A stretch of DNA of 64,000 nucleotides, taken from positions 23,146 to 87,145 of the forward strand of contig DATEBA010000005.1 of assembly GCA_035288045.1 (NCBI GenBank), written 5' to 3'. Below the pieces are notes generated by a model, which made no database searches, was not told where the DNA came from, and was given only the letters and a program-made list of their open reading frames with translations. The stretch's first letter is position 1, and each line of letters opens with the position of its first letter. Below, one piece after another: positions 36,783 to 47,004 of this stretch. Origin of the DNA: Actinomycetota bacterium (lineage in GTDB: Bacteria; Actinomycetota; UBA4738; HRBIN12). A program made the translations under genes and the position numbers.

Positions 36783-38872
36783 ACCTCGAGCCGCTCCTTG
36801 CTCCTCGATCCATCGCGATCATCGGTGCTTCGGAGAAACCAGACTCCTGGGCACCGGAGATCTATCGGAGCCTCATGCACCTCGGCTACGGCGGCGAGCT
36901 CTACCCGATCAACCCGAAGTACGAGGAGGTCTGGGGCAGACCCTGCCACGCTTCGATCCTGGAGGTTCCCGCGAAGGTCGACCTCGTTGTGGTCGTCGTC
37001 CCGGCGCGCGTGGCGGTGCGGATGGTCGACGACTGCGGCAGGGCCGGCGCGCGCGGCGTCATGGTCGTGTCGAGCGGCTTCGCCGAAGCCGGCGAGGAGG
37101 GGAGGGAGCTACAGGCTGAGCTCCGGGCGACTGCGATGAGGCACCGGCTCCCGGTTCTCGGGCCCAACGTCGAGGGGTTCGTGAACTACGTGGAGCGCGT
37201 GGCGCCATACGGAACGACGCCGCCCCCCGAGCCGGTCCCGGGCGGGATCAGCGTGATCTCGCAGAGCGGCACCGTTGCCTGGACGATGAACCAGATGGCG
37301 TCGGACCGGGGCGTGGGCCTCCGGATCATCCTCGGCGTGGGCAACGAGGCCGTGGTTGGCCTCGGCGATATGTTCGAGTGGGCGGCCGCCGACCGTCACA
37401 CGAAGATCGTCGCGAGCTACCTCGAGACGATGCGCGACGTCGAGGGCATGGGTCGCGGGCTGGATGCGCTCAGAAGGGCCGCCAAGCCGGTGCTGATCTG
37501 TGCTCCCGTTGGCCGGAGCGAGGCGGCGCGCCGCTCGATCGTCGCTCACACCGGCGCGCTGGCGGGGAACACCGGACTCCGCGACGCGTGGCTGCGCGGT
37601 TTGGGCGTGATCCTCGTGAACGACCCGGTGGAGATGTTCGAGGCGGCGGTGCTTCTGTCGTACCACCGCAAGCTCCGGGCCACCGGCGTCGCCGCGGCGC
37701 TGCAGTCGGGAGGCGCCTGCACGCTGTTCGCCGAGGCCGCGGGAGCGGCGGGGCTGGAGCTGCCCGAGTTCGCGACCTCGACCAAGCGCAAGCTGAGGAA
37801 GGCCCTGCCGCACTTCGCCAGCCAGAACAACCCGCTCGACGTGACCGGCCAGGCGGCCGTCGAGACCGACATGTACGTGGGTGCGCTCGAGGCTCTCGCG
37901 ACCGACCCGAAGGTCGGCTTCGTCGGCTTCGATGCGTTCCCGCCGCGCCTCGAGGACGAGGGCGTTTGGGCCGAGCCGGTGCTGAAGCGTGTCCGCGAGC
38001 TCCAGAAGGAGACCGGAGTCGTCTTTGCCTCGGTTGCGATGAGCTCGCTCTCCTACACGAGGGCGGCCAAGGACTTCGTGGACGATGCCGGGTTCCCATT
38101 CATCCAGGGGCACCGCGCGTCTGCCGGCGCGATCCGAGCGCTCGTCGAGCTGCAGGGGACGAAGGCGCGGGCGACGCGGCAGGTTCCGGCGCACGCGAAC
38201 CGCGGGAGGGCCATGCGTGTGCTGTCGGGGCTGTCTGGCACGCTCGACGAGGCCCAGGCGGCGAGGCTCCTCGAGCTCTACGGTGTGCCGCGGCCGGAGG
38301 AGCGGGTCGTCGATACCCCGGAGAGAGCTTCGGCCGCGGCACGCGCGATCGGCTTCCCCGTCGCGATCAAGGCGGTCGCGCCCGAGCTGCCGCACAAGGC
38401 GAAGCTCGGTGGGGTGCGGCTCGCGATCGGGTCCCCGGCCGACGCCGAGCTCGCGGCGGCCGATGTGTTTCGGATCGCGCGACACGCCGGCGCGCGGAGG
38501 CCGCAGGTGATTGTCCAGCGGATGGTCGACGGGGCCGAGATACTCCTCGGGGCGGTCGTCGACGAGCGGTTCGGGGCTTGCGTGACCATCCGGCCGGGCG
38601 GCGCGCTCGCGGAGGCCGGCGGGGCCACGTTCGTCCGCGCCCCGCTCACCGCCGCGCAGTCGCTCGCCTACGTCGACGAGCAGGGCGATCGCTGCCGGTT
38701 GGACCCGGCTCGCCACGACGTGCGGGCGGTCGCCAAGGCGGTCGAGGCGATCGCGCGGGCGGCGCACGACCTGCGCGGGCGGCTCGCATCGCTCGAGGCG
38801 AACCCGCTCATCGTGATGCACAAGGGGGCCGTTGCCGTGGACGCGTTAGCGGAAGCACGGCCGTCCGCGTGA
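36779..38872 (+). CDS. ADP-forming acyl-CoA synthetase (fused alpha-beta)
   Basis: SIAIIGAS, YPINPKY, SQSG, GNEA, phospho-His AHTGALAG, NNPLD, and ATP-grasp HKAKLGGV. The ATG overlaps the crotonase stop. Confidence 0.9.
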   Translation: MNLEPLLAPRSIAIIGASEKPDSWAPEIYRSLMHLGYGGELYPINPKYEEVWGRPCHASILEVPAKVDLVVVVVPARVAVRMVDDCGRAGARGVMVVSSGFAEAGEEGRELQAELRATAMRHRLPVLGPNVEGFVNYVERVAPYGTTPPPEPVPGGISVISQSGTVAWTMNQMASDRGVGLRIILGVGNEAVVGLGDMFEWAAADRHTKIVASYLETMRDVEGMGRGLDALRRAAKPVLICAPVGRSEAARRSIVAHTGALAGNTGLRDAWLRGLGVILVNDPVEMFEAAVLLSYHRKLRATGVAAALQSGGACTLFAEAAGAAGLELPEFATSTKRKLRKALPHFASQNNPLDVTGQAAVETDMYVGALEALATDPKVGFVGFDAFPPRLEDEGVWAEPVLKRVRELQKETGVVFASVAMSSLSYTRAAKDFVDDAGFPFIQGHRASAGAIRALVELQGTKARATRQVPAHANRGRAMRVLSGLSGTLDEAQAARLLELYGVPRPEERVVDTPERASAAARAIGFPVAIKAVAPELPHKAKLGGVRLAIGSPADAELAAADVFRIARHAGARRPQVIVQRMVDGAEILLGAVVDERFGACVTIRPGGALAEAGGATFVRAPLTAAQSLAYVDEQGDRCRLDPARHDVRAVAKAVEAIARAAHDLRGRLASLEANPLIVMHKGAVAVDALAEARPSA

Positions 38873-39720
38873 TCTACGGGCTCGCCGCGGCGCTGGGGTG
38901 GGGGTTCTCGGACTTCACCGCCGCCGTCGTCTCCCGGAGGATCGGCAGCTTCACCACGGTCGTTGTGTCGCAGGTCACCTCGGTCGTTCTGCTGCTCGGT
39001 CTGGTCGCGGTCGTCGGACCCTCGTTCGACGGGCTCGGTCCAGGGTCGCTCGGCCTGCTGGTGTTGAACGGGTTCCTGCTCGCCATCGCCTACGTGATCT
39101 TCTACCGGGCGCTTGCGATCGGACCCGTGGGCCTCGTGTCGCCGATCGTGGCTGCCTACGGGGGGGTCGCCGTGCCACTGGCGATCCTCCTGCTCGACGA
39201 GCGGCTCTCCACGCTCCGGTTGGTGGGCACCGCCGTCACCGTCTGCGGGGTCGTTCTCACCTCCACCGATGTCCGCAAGCTCTCGGGGGGGCGGCAGTGG
39301 AGCGGCACCGGGATCGCGTTCGGCCTCGGCTCGATGGTCCTGTTCGCGGTCGCGACGATCGTCATGGGCTACACCGTGCGGGAGACCGGATGGATGCAGA
39401 CGGTGGTCGTCTCGAGGAGCGTCACCGCCGCGCTGCTCGTCGGCGCGGCTTACCTCCGCCGCACCGGCGTTCGGTCGGCCGGGGTGACGGGTCTTGCCGG
39501 CGCCGCGTTCATCGGACTGGCCGACATCACGGGGGTGGGGTTCTACGCGCGCGGGGCGGAGGTTGGCCTCGTCTCGATCGTCGCCGCCGTTTCGGCGACC
39601 TTCATCCTGATCCCGGTGATCGGCGGCGTAGTGCTCCTCGGCGAGCGTCCCGCCCCGAACCAGTCGCTCGGCGTCGCGATGGTCCTCGCAGGCCTCGTTC
39701 TGATCGGCCTCGGGGGCTGA
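38869..39720 (+). CDS. EamA/DMT-family transporter
   Basis: About 10 hydrophobic segments, FYRALAIGPVGLVSPI, LLDERL, LLGERP...Q..G. Confidence 0.88.
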   Translation: MIYGLAAALGWGFSDFTAAVVSRRIGSFTTVVVSQVTSVVLLLGLVAVVGPSFDGLGPGSLGLLVLNGFLLAIAYVIFYRALAIGPVGLVSPIVAAYGGVAVPLAILLLDERLSTLRLVGTAVTVCGVVLTSTDVRKLSGGRQWSGTGIAFGLGSMVLFAVATIVMGYTVRETGWMQTVVVSRSVTAALLVGAAYLRRTGVRSAGVTGLAGAAFIGLADITGVGFYARGAEVGLVSIVAAVSATFILIPVIGGVVLLGERPAPNQSLGVAMVLAGLVLIGLGG

Positions 39721-39790
39721 CTGGCCGTCTGTGCCCGGGGGTACTATCCGCGAGAGGATCGACGCCGTTCGAGCGCATCGGGAGGGAATC

Positions 39791-40186
39791 GTGTCCAAAG
39801 CACCCGAAACCATCGGCGAGCTCATGACTAGGGATGTGGTGGCGGTTGCTCCGGCCGACACGGTGGAACGCGCGCTCCGGGCGATGATCGAGCGGGACAT
39901 CGGCTCCGTCGTCGTGGCAGAGGGCGGATCCGCGGTCGGGGTCTTCACAGAACGGGATCTCAGCCGCCGCGTGATAGACGACCCGGAGCTGCTGGGGAGA
40001 CCCGTGATCGCGGCGATGTCCTCTCCAGTCGTGTCGGTGGGTCCCGACACCGAGGTTGTGGACGCCTTCGAGCTCATGAACACAAACGGGATCCGTCGGC
40101 TGCCCGTCGTGGAGGACGGCCGTCTCGTAGGGATCGTGACCGAGCGCGACCTGTTGCGCTGGGTGGGCCAGGTGGCGAAGGAGTGA
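39791..40186 (+). CDS. Stand-alone CBS-pair protein
   Basis: IGELMTRDVV, IGSVVV, VGVFTERDL, GIRRLPVVEDGRLVGIVTERDL. GGAGGG precedes the GTG. Confidence 0.9.
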   Translation: MSKAPETIGELMTRDVVAVAPADTVERALRAMIERDIGSVVVAEGGSAVGVFTERDLSRRVIDDPELLGRPVIAAMSSPVVSVGPDTEVVDAFELMNTNGIRRLPVVEDGRLVGIVTERDLLRWVGQVAKE

Positions 40187-40190
40187 GGGC

Positions 40191-40940
40191 GTGAGCTCGG
40201 CCTCCTTCGATTCCGCGGTCGAGACGGTCCGCGCCGCCGCGGCGCGCGACGTGCCGCTTCGGCTCCTGGGCGGACAGGCGGTCCGGCTCCTTTGTCCGAA
40301 CTTCCCGCCTCGCGTGCGCGACGACCAGGACATGGACTTCGCATCGGTGTCGTCGGCGAAGGGGTCCGTGATGGAGTTCCTTTACGACCTCGGCTTCGTT
40401 GGTGACAAGCGCTTCAACACGATGCACGGGCACAAGCAGATGTACTTCACCTCCCCGGGAGGAGGCACGAGCGTGGACGTGGTCATGGATCAGCTGAACA
40501 TGTGCCACGTGCTCGACTTCAGGGACAGGATCGATCGGATGCCGTACACGCTTGACGTGACCGACCTCCTCCTGTCGAAGCTCCAGGTGGTCGAGCAGAA
40601 CGAGAAGGACGTCCAAGACATCGTCTACCTGCTCTGCGCCCACGAGGTGAGCGAAGGCGACGAGCCCGGCGCGGTCGGGCTCGCCCGGTTCGGGGAGGTC
40701 GTCGGTAACGACTGGGGATGGTGGCGAACCGTCACGGGCAACCTGGATCGGGTCGTCGAGCTGGCCGGCGGCGAGCTAAGCCGACTGGTGCCAGCCGGCG
40801 CCGCCCACGACCCCGTCGTGCAAGGCTCCGCCCTCCGCCGGTTCGCCTACGAGACGCCCAAGAGCCTCAGGTGGAAGATCCGTTCGAAGGTCGGGGAGCG
40901 CGTCCGCTGGTACGAGCTTCCCGAGGAGATAGCGCACTAG
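40191..40940 (+). CDS. Uncharacterised DNA polymerase-beta-superfamily nucleotidyltransferase
   Basis: LLGGQAV...RDDQDMDF (hGG...DhD) with a candidate third acid in VDV, then DLLLSKLQ...NEKD..DI. Confidence 0.72.
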   Translation: MSSASFDSAVETVRAAAARDVPLRLLGGQAVRLLCPNFPPRVRDDQDMDFASVSSAKGSVMEFLYDLGFVGDKRFNTMHGHKQMYFTSPGGGTSVDVVMDQLNMCHVLDFRDRIDRMPYTLDVTDLLLSKLQVVEQNEKDVQDIVYLLCAHEVSEGDEPGAVGLARFGEVVGNDWGWWRTVTGNLDRVVELAGGELSRLVPAGAAHDPVVQGSALRRFAYETPKSLRWKIRSKVGERVRWYELPEEIAH

Positions 40941-40947
40941 TAGCCCA

Positions 40948-42618
40948 CTAGACCCCCGCCTCCCGGCTCGGCCGGTGGCGGTAGAACTCGATCTCGGCCG
41001 GCGGCGGCGGCGTCTTGCCGAGGATCAGATCCGCCGCCTTCTCCGCGACCATCATCACGGGGGCGTAGATGTTGGCGTTGGTGATCGAGGGGAATACCGA
41101 AGCGTCCACGACCCGGAGGCCCTCGAAGCCGTGAACCTTCATGTTCGCCGGGTCGACGACCGACAGCTCGTCGACCCCCATCCTGCACGTGCACGACGGG
41201 TGCAGCGCGGTCTCGCCGTCTCGAGCAACCCATCCGAGGATCTGATCGTCGGTCTCGACGCCGGGTCCGGGCGAGAGCTCACCCCCGTTGAACTCGCCGA
41301 AGGAGCGCTGGTTCAGGATGCGGCGGACGATCCGGATCGCCTCCACCCACTCGCGCCGGTCCTTGTCGGTGGAGAGGTAGTTGAAGAGGAGGGCGGGGTG
41401 CACGGCCGGATCCGCCGACCGGATCTTCACCCATCCACGCGCGTCCGAGACCATCGGGCCGATGTGAACCTGGTATCCGTGGTCGCCGGCAGGCGCAGAG
41501 CCGTCGTAGCGAACCGCGATCGGCAGGAAGTGGAACATCAGGTTCGGCTCGTCGACCTCGTCGTTGCTTCGCGCGAAGCCGCCCCCCTCGAAGTGGTTGG
41601 TCGCCCCGGGGCCCCGCCTGAAGAAGAGCCACTGGAACCCGATCCAGGGCCTGTAGCGCCACTTCAGGTAGGGCGCCACGGAGACCGGCTTCGTGCAGGA
41701 GTACTGCACGTAGACCTCCAGGTGGTCCTGCAGGTTCTCGCCGACGCCCGGGAGGTGCTGCACGACGTCGATGCCGAGCGCCCGCAGCTCGTCGGCGTTC
41801 CCGACGCCGGAGACCTGGAGGAGCTGCGGGGAGTTGATCGCCCCGCCGCAGAGGATCACCTCGCCGGCCCGGATCCGCCGGGGCCGCTCCTTCCCCCGTG
41901 AGTACTCGACCCCGACGGCCCGGTTGCCCTCGAACAGGATCCTCGTCACGAACGCGCGCGTTCGCACCTCGAGGTTCGGCCGCCGCATCACCGGATGCAG
42001 GTACGCGCGGGCGGCCGACAGCCGCCTCCCGCGGTGCACGTTCCTGTCGAAGGGAGCGAACCCCTCCTGCCGGAACCCGTTCACGTCGTCGGTGAGGGTG
42101 AAGCCCGCCAGCTGCACGGCTTCGAAGAAGGCTCGGAACAGCGGATTGGTCGCGGGGCCGCGCTCGAGCACGAGAGGTCCGTCGTGGCCACGGAAGGGGT
42201 CGTCCTCGTTGGCGGCCAGGCAGTTCTCCATCCTCCGGAAGTACGGAAGGCAGTGCGCGTAGTCCCACGTCTGCGTCCCGGGGGCGCTAGCCCACCGCTC
42301 GTAGTCCATCGGGTTCCCCCGTTGGAAGATCATCCCGTTGATGCTGCTGGAGCCCCCCAGCACCTTGCCGCGGGCGTGATAGATCCTTCTGCCGTTCATG
42401 AACGGCTCGGGCTCGGACTCGTACTTCCAGTCGTAGAAGCGGCTCCCGATCGGGAAGGTGAGGGCCGCCGGCATGTGGATGAAGACGTCCCAGCTGTAGT
42501 CGGGCCTCCCGGCCTCTAGCACTAGGACCCGGTTGGACGGGTCGGCGGAGAGCCGGTTCGCCAGGACGCTACCGGCCGAGCCGCCCCCGACGATCACGAA
42601 GTCGTAGGGGTGTGCCAC
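40948..42618 (-). CDS. betA: Choline dehydrogenase (GMC oxidoreductase)
   Basis: [79 protein letters not shown]. The HPSCTCRMG ending is characteristic of BetA. Confidence 0.88.
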   Translation of the reverse strand: MAHPYDFVIVGGGSAGSVLANRLSADPSNRVLVLEAGRPDYSWDVFIHMPAALTFPIGSRFYDWKYESEPEPFMNGRRIYHARGKVLGGSSSINGMIFQRGNPMDYERWASAPGTQTWDYAHCLPYFRRMENCLAANEDDPFRGHDGPLVLERGPATNPLFRAFFEAVQLAGFTLTDDVNGFRQEGFAPFDRNVHRGRRLSAARAYLHPVMRRPNLEVRTRAFVTRILFEGNRAVGVEYSRGKERPRRIRAGEVILCGGAINSPQLLQVSGVGNADELRALGIDVVQHLPGVGENLQDHLEVYVQYSCTKPVSVAPYLKWRYRPWIGFQWLFFRRGPGATNHFEGGGFARSNDEVDEPNLMFHFLPIAVRYDGSAPAGDHGYQVHIGPMVSDARGWVKIRSADPAVHPALLFNYLSTDKDRREWVEAIRIVRRILNQRSFGEFNGGELSPGPGVETDDQILGWVARDGETALHPSCTCRMGVDELSVVDPANMKVHGFEGLRVVDASVFPSITNANIYAPVMMVAEKAADLILGKTPPPPAEIEFYRHRPSREAGV

Positions 42619-42653
42619 GGGTTCCACGGAACGAGCATGACACCCCGTCGGTG

Positions 42654-42684
42654 GGTGCGCAGCCCCCGTTGCGACCTGCGCACC
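42654..42684. promoter_or_regulatory. Inverted repeat plus IclR-type box in the betA/phosphoesterase divergent region
   Basis: GGTGCGCAG (42654-62) pairs with CTGCGCACC (42676-84). GTTGCG-ACCTG-CGCACC (42668-84) resembles the box at the iclR start. Confidence 0.45.
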
Positions 42685-42767
42685 TCTGGCGCTCCTGGCT
42701 TGCATAGGGACCCTGCGGCGAGGGACACTCGGAGGGCCCGCAGGCGAGCAGGGGGTCGCGGGAGGGC

Positions 42768-43712
42768 ATGCCCAAGATCTTCTACGTGACGGACATCCAC
42801 GGGTCCGAGATCTGCTGGATGAAGTTCCTGAACGCGGGGCCGTTCTACGGGGCCGATGTCGTGATCGTCGGCGGCGACATCACCGGCAAGGCCATGGTCC
42901 CGATCGTTGCCCGGAACGGCCGGTGGGAGACGACGCTCCAGGACCACCACGAGATCCTCGAGAGCGAGGCAGAGGTAGCCGAGATCGAGAAGAGGATCAT
43001 GAACCGCGGCTACTACCCGATCCGGGTTTCGGAGGAGGAGTACCGGGCTCTCCAGGAAGACGAGGATCTCGTCGACAAGCGCTTCAAGGAGGCGATGCTC
43101 GAGGGCACAGAGCGCTGGATCGGGATGGCGGAGGAGAAGTTCGCCGGCACGGGGATACGCCCGATCGCCTGCCCTGCCAACGACGACATGTTCGAGATCG
43201 ACGATGTCCTTGCCGGCGCGGACGTGGTCGAGACCGGCGACGAGGATCACCCGATCGAGCTCGACGGCTTTACGATCATCTCGATGGGTTGGACGAACCC
43301 GACGCCCTGGCACACGTTCCGGGAGGCGGAGGAGCCCGAGCTCGCCAGGCGGATCGCTCGCGCGCTGGAGCACGCGAGCGATCCGGAGACCACGATCATG
43401 AACCTCCATGCGCCGCCGTACGGCTCGCAGCTCGACAACGCGCCGGCGCTGAAGGACGACCTCACCTACGTCTCCGGCGGACAGGCGATCCGTCCGGTCG
43501 GCTCGACGTCGGTCCGCGATGCTATCCAGGAGTTCCAGCCCTTCCTGTCGCTGCACGGGCACATCCACGAGAGCAAGGGCGCCGCGCGGATCGGCAAGAC
43601 CCTCGCGCTAAACCCCGGGAGCTCCTACGAGGAGGGCGTGCTGCAATCAGCGGTGGTCGAGATCGACTCGAAGAAGCGGAAGGTGAAGAGCTATCAGCTG
43701 TTGACCGGCTAA
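42768..43712 (+). CDS. Calcineurin-like metallophosphoesterase (Icc-related, COG2129-like), copy 1
   Basis: TDIHG, GGDITGK, PANDD, HAPPY, LHGHIHE, NPGSSY. Confidence 0.85.
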   Translation: MPKIFYVTDIHGSEICWMKFLNAGPFYGADVVIVGGDITGKAMVPIVARNGRWETTLQDHHEILESEAEVAEIEKRIMNRGYYPIRVSEEEYRALQEDEDLVDKRFKEAMLEGTERWIGMAEEKFAGTGIRPIACPANDDMFEIDDVLAGADVVETGDEDHPIELDGFTIISMGWTNPTPWHTFREAEEPELARRIARALEHASDPETTIMNLHAPPYGSQLDNAPALKDDLTYVSGGQAIRPVGSTSVRDAIQEFQPFLSLHGHIHESKGAARIGKTLALNPGSSYEEGVLQSAVVEIDSKKRKVKSYQLLTG

Positions 43713-43828
43713 CCGGGTAGGGCGCGATCGAACGGAGGTGATGTTCGAGACATGAACGATCGGAGGGACGGAGGCGAAGGGGGCTCCCGTCCCGACTCGA
43801 CGTGGTTCGGTATTCGGGAGGGGGTGCC

Positions 43829-45478
43829 ATGGCAGCGGTAGGCGAAGCTCCTACCTTGTTCCTTCGGAAGGCGACGGGACTCGTCAAGGGCTGGTCCCGG
43901 TTCGACGCCTTCCTCTACTCATTCATGTCGATCAACCTCGTGACCCTCGGCATGTTCTTCAGCCTTGCTGTGCTCGGCTACGCTCCCGGCGGCAACGTGC
44001 TATCCGCGATCGTGATCTCAGGGATCTTCGTGACGTTCCTCGTGATCACGTACGCGGGTCTGATCTCCGTCATGCCAAGGGCCGGCGGCGACTACGTGTG
44101 GCAGAGCCGGGTGCTCGGGGGCGGGATCGCGTTCGTGCTCGCGGTCACGGGTTGGTGGTTCATCCTTTGGTACTGGGCGCCGATCTACGGGGCCATCCTG
44201 AACGTCCAGGTTCTCCAGCCGATCGCCGCGCTGTTCAAGTTCGACGGGCTGCTCGAGTTCCTGGGGAAGGACAACGGCATATTCGCCGTCTGCATCTTGA
44301 CCGTGGCGCTTGCCGGGTACCTGGTGTCCCTCGGCATGGAGGGCTACGCGAGGGTCCAGAAGTTCTGCTTCTACCTCGCGATGGCGGGTCTGGCCGTGAT
44401 GCTCCTCGTCATGCTGTTCGGATCGCGGGAGGGCTTCCAGAGCGCCTTCAACCAGGAATCGGCGAACCTCTTCGGCACCAGCGGGGACACCTACGGGGCA
44501 ACCGTCGATCTGGCCGGAGGCAGCGCCGCACTTCCGCCGGATCTGGGGTTCTCGCCGCTCTTCGGCGACAGCCTGCTCCTCATCCCCTTCCTCGCGTTCT
44601 GGATCCTGTGGCCGAACTGGGGCGCGACCCTCTACGGAGAGGTCAGGGGAGCCGGAGACTTCAAGCGCGTGACCAGCGGAATGATGTGGGGGCTCTGGGT
44701 CACCATCGTCCTCGCGGTCGTCTTCCTGGCGCTGGCCTCGAAGTTCTTCGGCTGGGACTTCTTCAACGCCGGCAACGTGAACTTCATCAACTACTACTAC
44801 GGGTTCACGACCGACGTGACGATTCCCGTGTGGACGTACCCGCCGCTCCTTGTCGGGATGTTCTTCCACAACTCGTTCCTCGCGGCGATCCTCGTCCTGG
44901 TCTTCGGCGCGTGGTTCGTCGGCTGGGCGGGGACGCTGTTCCTGTCGTCCACGCGGGTGATCTTTGCGGCCGCGTTCGACCGTATCCTGCCGGAGCGTGT
45001 TGCTGACGTGTCCGAGAAGCGACACGTTCCCGTGTGGGCGTTGGTGTTGATGCTCGTGCCCGCAGTGGCGGTCAGCGCCCTGTACGCCTACTTCCACACG
45101 TTCAGGACGTGGGTGCTAGACGCGACCCTCGTGATCGCGGTGACCTTCTTCGGCACGGCCATCGCCGCCACGATCCTGCCCTGGCGCAAGAAGGCGCTCT
45201 ACGAGAGCTCGCCGATCGCGAGGTACAAGGTGGCGGGGATCCCTCTCATCACGATCTCCGGAGCGATCACGGCCCTGTTCCTGGGGTGGAACCTGTACAA
45301 GTGGATGTGGCCGCCCGCTTCGGAGGGCAACCTGTACGGGATCAACAACCTCGACTCCTTGAAGTTCATGGGGGCGATGTACCTCCTCGCGGTCGTCGTC
45401 TACGTGGTCGCGAAGGTGTATCGGAAGAGCCAGGGGATCGACCTGGGAGCGATCCACAAGGAGATCCCGGTCGAGTAG
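43829..45478 (+). CDS. APC-family amino acid/amine permease
   Basis: FLRKATGLV, MPRAGGDYVWQSR, YGEV, R.IFAAAFDRILP, about 14 hydrophobic segments, C-terminal KEIPVE. Confidence 0.9.
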   Translation: MAAVGEAPTLFLRKATGLVKGWSRFDAFLYSFMSINLVTLGMFFSLAVLGYAPGGNVLSAIVISGIFVTFLVITYAGLISVMPRAGGDYVWQSRVLGGGIAFVLAVTGWWFILWYWAPIYGAILNVQVLQPIAALFKFDGLLEFLGKDNGIFAVCILTVALAGYLVSLGMEGYARVQKFCFYLAMAGLAVMLLVMLFGSREGFQSAFNQESANLFGTSGDTYGATVDLAGGSAALPPDLGFSPLFGDSLLLIPFLAFWILWPNWGATLYGEVRGAGDFKRVTSGMMWGLWVTIVLAVVFLALASKFFGWDFFNAGNVNFINYYYGFTTDVTIPVWTYPPLLVGMFFHNSFLAAILVLVFGAWFVGWAGTLFLSSTRVIFAAAFDRILPERVADVSEKRHVPVWALVLMLVPAVAVSALYAYFHTFRTWVLDATLVIAVTFFGTAIAATILPWRKKALYESSPIARYKVAGIPLITISGAITALFLGWNLYKWMWPPASEGNLYGINNLDSLKFMGAMYLLAVVVYVVAKVYRKSQGIDLGAIHKEIPVE

Positions 45479-45496
45479 CCGGGATCGAGTTCGTTC

Positions 45497-45520
45497 GGGG
45501 GGCGGCGAGCGCCGCCCCCC
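45497..45520 (+). terminator. Intercistronic hairpin after the APC permease
   Basis: GGGGGGCGGC-gagc-GCCGCCCCCC, a perfect 10-bp stem. Confidence 0.6.
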
Positions 45521-45540
45521 ATCGTCCGTGAGGTGTTCGC

Positions 45541-46989
45541 ATGGCAGACGAGTACCGGATGTTCATAGGCGGCGAGTGGGTCGGCTCGGAGAGCGGGGCC
45601 GTGTTCGAGGCGACCAGTCCGTCCTCCGGCGAGGTGATCGGCACGGTGCCGGAGGGCACCCGCGCCGACGCGCAGCGAGCGATCGCGGCGGCCGGCGAGG
45701 CGTGGCAGGGGTGGGGCGCGCTGTCGGCGTTCGATCGCGCGGCCAAGCTACGGCGGATGGCCGAGATCGCCGCCGAGCGCCGAGAGGACCTCGCCCACAC
45801 GCTGGCGCTCGACCAGGGCAAGCCGCTACGGGCGGAGGCTCACGACGAGGTTGAGGAGCTGATCTCCTACTTCGAGATGGCCGCCGAGGACGCGACGCGG
45901 CTGGACGGCGTGATCCCGCCGTCGGTGGACCGGAGCAAGCGGGTGCTCCTCCAGCGGGTGCCGCGAGGGGTCGTCGCGGCGATCAGCCCTTGGAACTGGC
46001 CGTACACGATGCCGGCGGAAATCGTGGCGCCGGCGCTCGCCTACGGCAACGCCGTTGTGTGGGTGCCCGCGCCGACGACCTCGGTGTGCGCCGTGAAGCT
46101 CGCGGAGGTGGTCGCCGAGGCCGATGTGCCACCCGGGGTCTTCAACATGGTGACCGGTCCCGGGCCGGTCGTCGGCGACGAGATCGCGGCCCACCCCGAG
46201 ACGCATGCGGTCGGGTTCATCGGCTCCATCGCGACCGGACGGTCGGTGGCGCAGCGTGCCGCGGGCAAGGAGCTGCTGCTCGAGATGGGTGGCAATGGGC
46301 CGCTCGTGATCATGGAGGACGCCGACCTCGACGCGGCCGTTCGCGGGACGCTTTCCGCGTGCTTCCTCAACGCGGGTCAGAGCTGCACCGCCGGGGAGCG
46401 GATCCTCGTGCACGAGGACGTGCACGACGACTACCTCGAGCGTCTCGCGGACGCGGTCGGTCGGGGGATCAGGCTCGGCGACCCCTTCGACGACCGGACC
46501 ACGATGGGCCCGCTCAACAACCCCGGTGTCGCCGACAAGACCGAGCGGCATGTGGGCGAGGCCTCGGAGCGCGGCGCAAGGGTGCAGCTCGGCGGGCGTC
46601 GCTCGCCCGAGCTCGGCTCGGACCTGTTCTTCGAGGCGACGATCGTCGACGAGGTGACCGACGAGATGGAGATCGCCCGCGAGGAGACGTTCGGACCGGT
46701 CGCGCCGGTCTCCAGGATCCGGAGCGAGGACGAGGCGATCCGCCTGGTGAACTCGTCGCCCTACGGGCTCCTCTCCGCGATCTTCACCCGTGATCTCCGG
46801 CGGGGTCTGCGCTACGCCGAGGCCGTGCGAGCCGGATGGGTGAACGTGAACGAGGGCACGAACTACTGGGAGTCGCATCTTCCCTTCGGCGGCCGGGCGG
46901 GCTCGATGAGCGGCGTCGGTCGCGTCGGCGGCCGGTACTCGATGGAGCGTCTGACGGAGCTCAAGACCGTCGTCGTCGACGTGTCTTGA
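45541..46989 (+). CDS. Aldehyde dehydrogenase (GabD-like family)
   Basis: SPWNWP, FIGSIATG, LEMGGNGP, catalytic AGQSCTAG, EETFGPV, PFGG. Confidence 0.92.
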   Translation: MADEYRMFIGGEWVGSESGAVFEATSPSSGEVIGTVPEGTRADAQRAIAAAGEAWQGWGALSAFDRAAKLRRMAEIAAERREDLAHTLALDQGKPLRAEAHDEVEELISYFEMAAEDATRLDGVIPPSVDRSKRVLLQRVPRGVVAAISPWNWPYTMPAEIVAPALAYGNAVVWVPAPTTSVCAVKLAEVVAEADVPPGVFNMVTGPGPVVGDEIAAHPETHAVGFIGSIATGRSVAQRAAGKELLLEMGGNGPLVIMEDADLDAAVRGTLSACFLNAGQSCTAGERILVHEDVHDDYLERLADAVGRGIRLGDPFDDRTTMGPLNNPGVADKTERHVGEASERGARVQLGGRRSPELGSDLFFEATIVDEVTDEMEIAREETFGPVAPVSRIRSEDEAIRLVNSSPYGLLSAIFTRDLRRGLRYAEAVRAGWVNVNEGTNYWESHLPFGGRAGSMSGVGRVGGRYSMERLTELKTVVVDVS

Positions 46990-47004
46990 GGCAAGGAAGG
47001 TCGC

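Noticed and set aside
35918-39720. Apparent large fusion ORFs (35918-38872, 37378-39720, 52826-54274)
   Set aside because: These are upstream extensions in a non-coding frame. The real genes start at stop/start overlaps (36779, 38869, 53303).
40191-40940. CBASS-type or MNT-HEPN defence system
   Set aside because: No Cap effectors or HEPN partner are adjacent, and the neighbours are metabolic and transport genes.
43728-43748. LexA SOS box
   Set aside because: The arms match TCGAAC/GTTCGA, but the spacer is 9 nt rather than the 4 nt of the actinobacterial SOS box.
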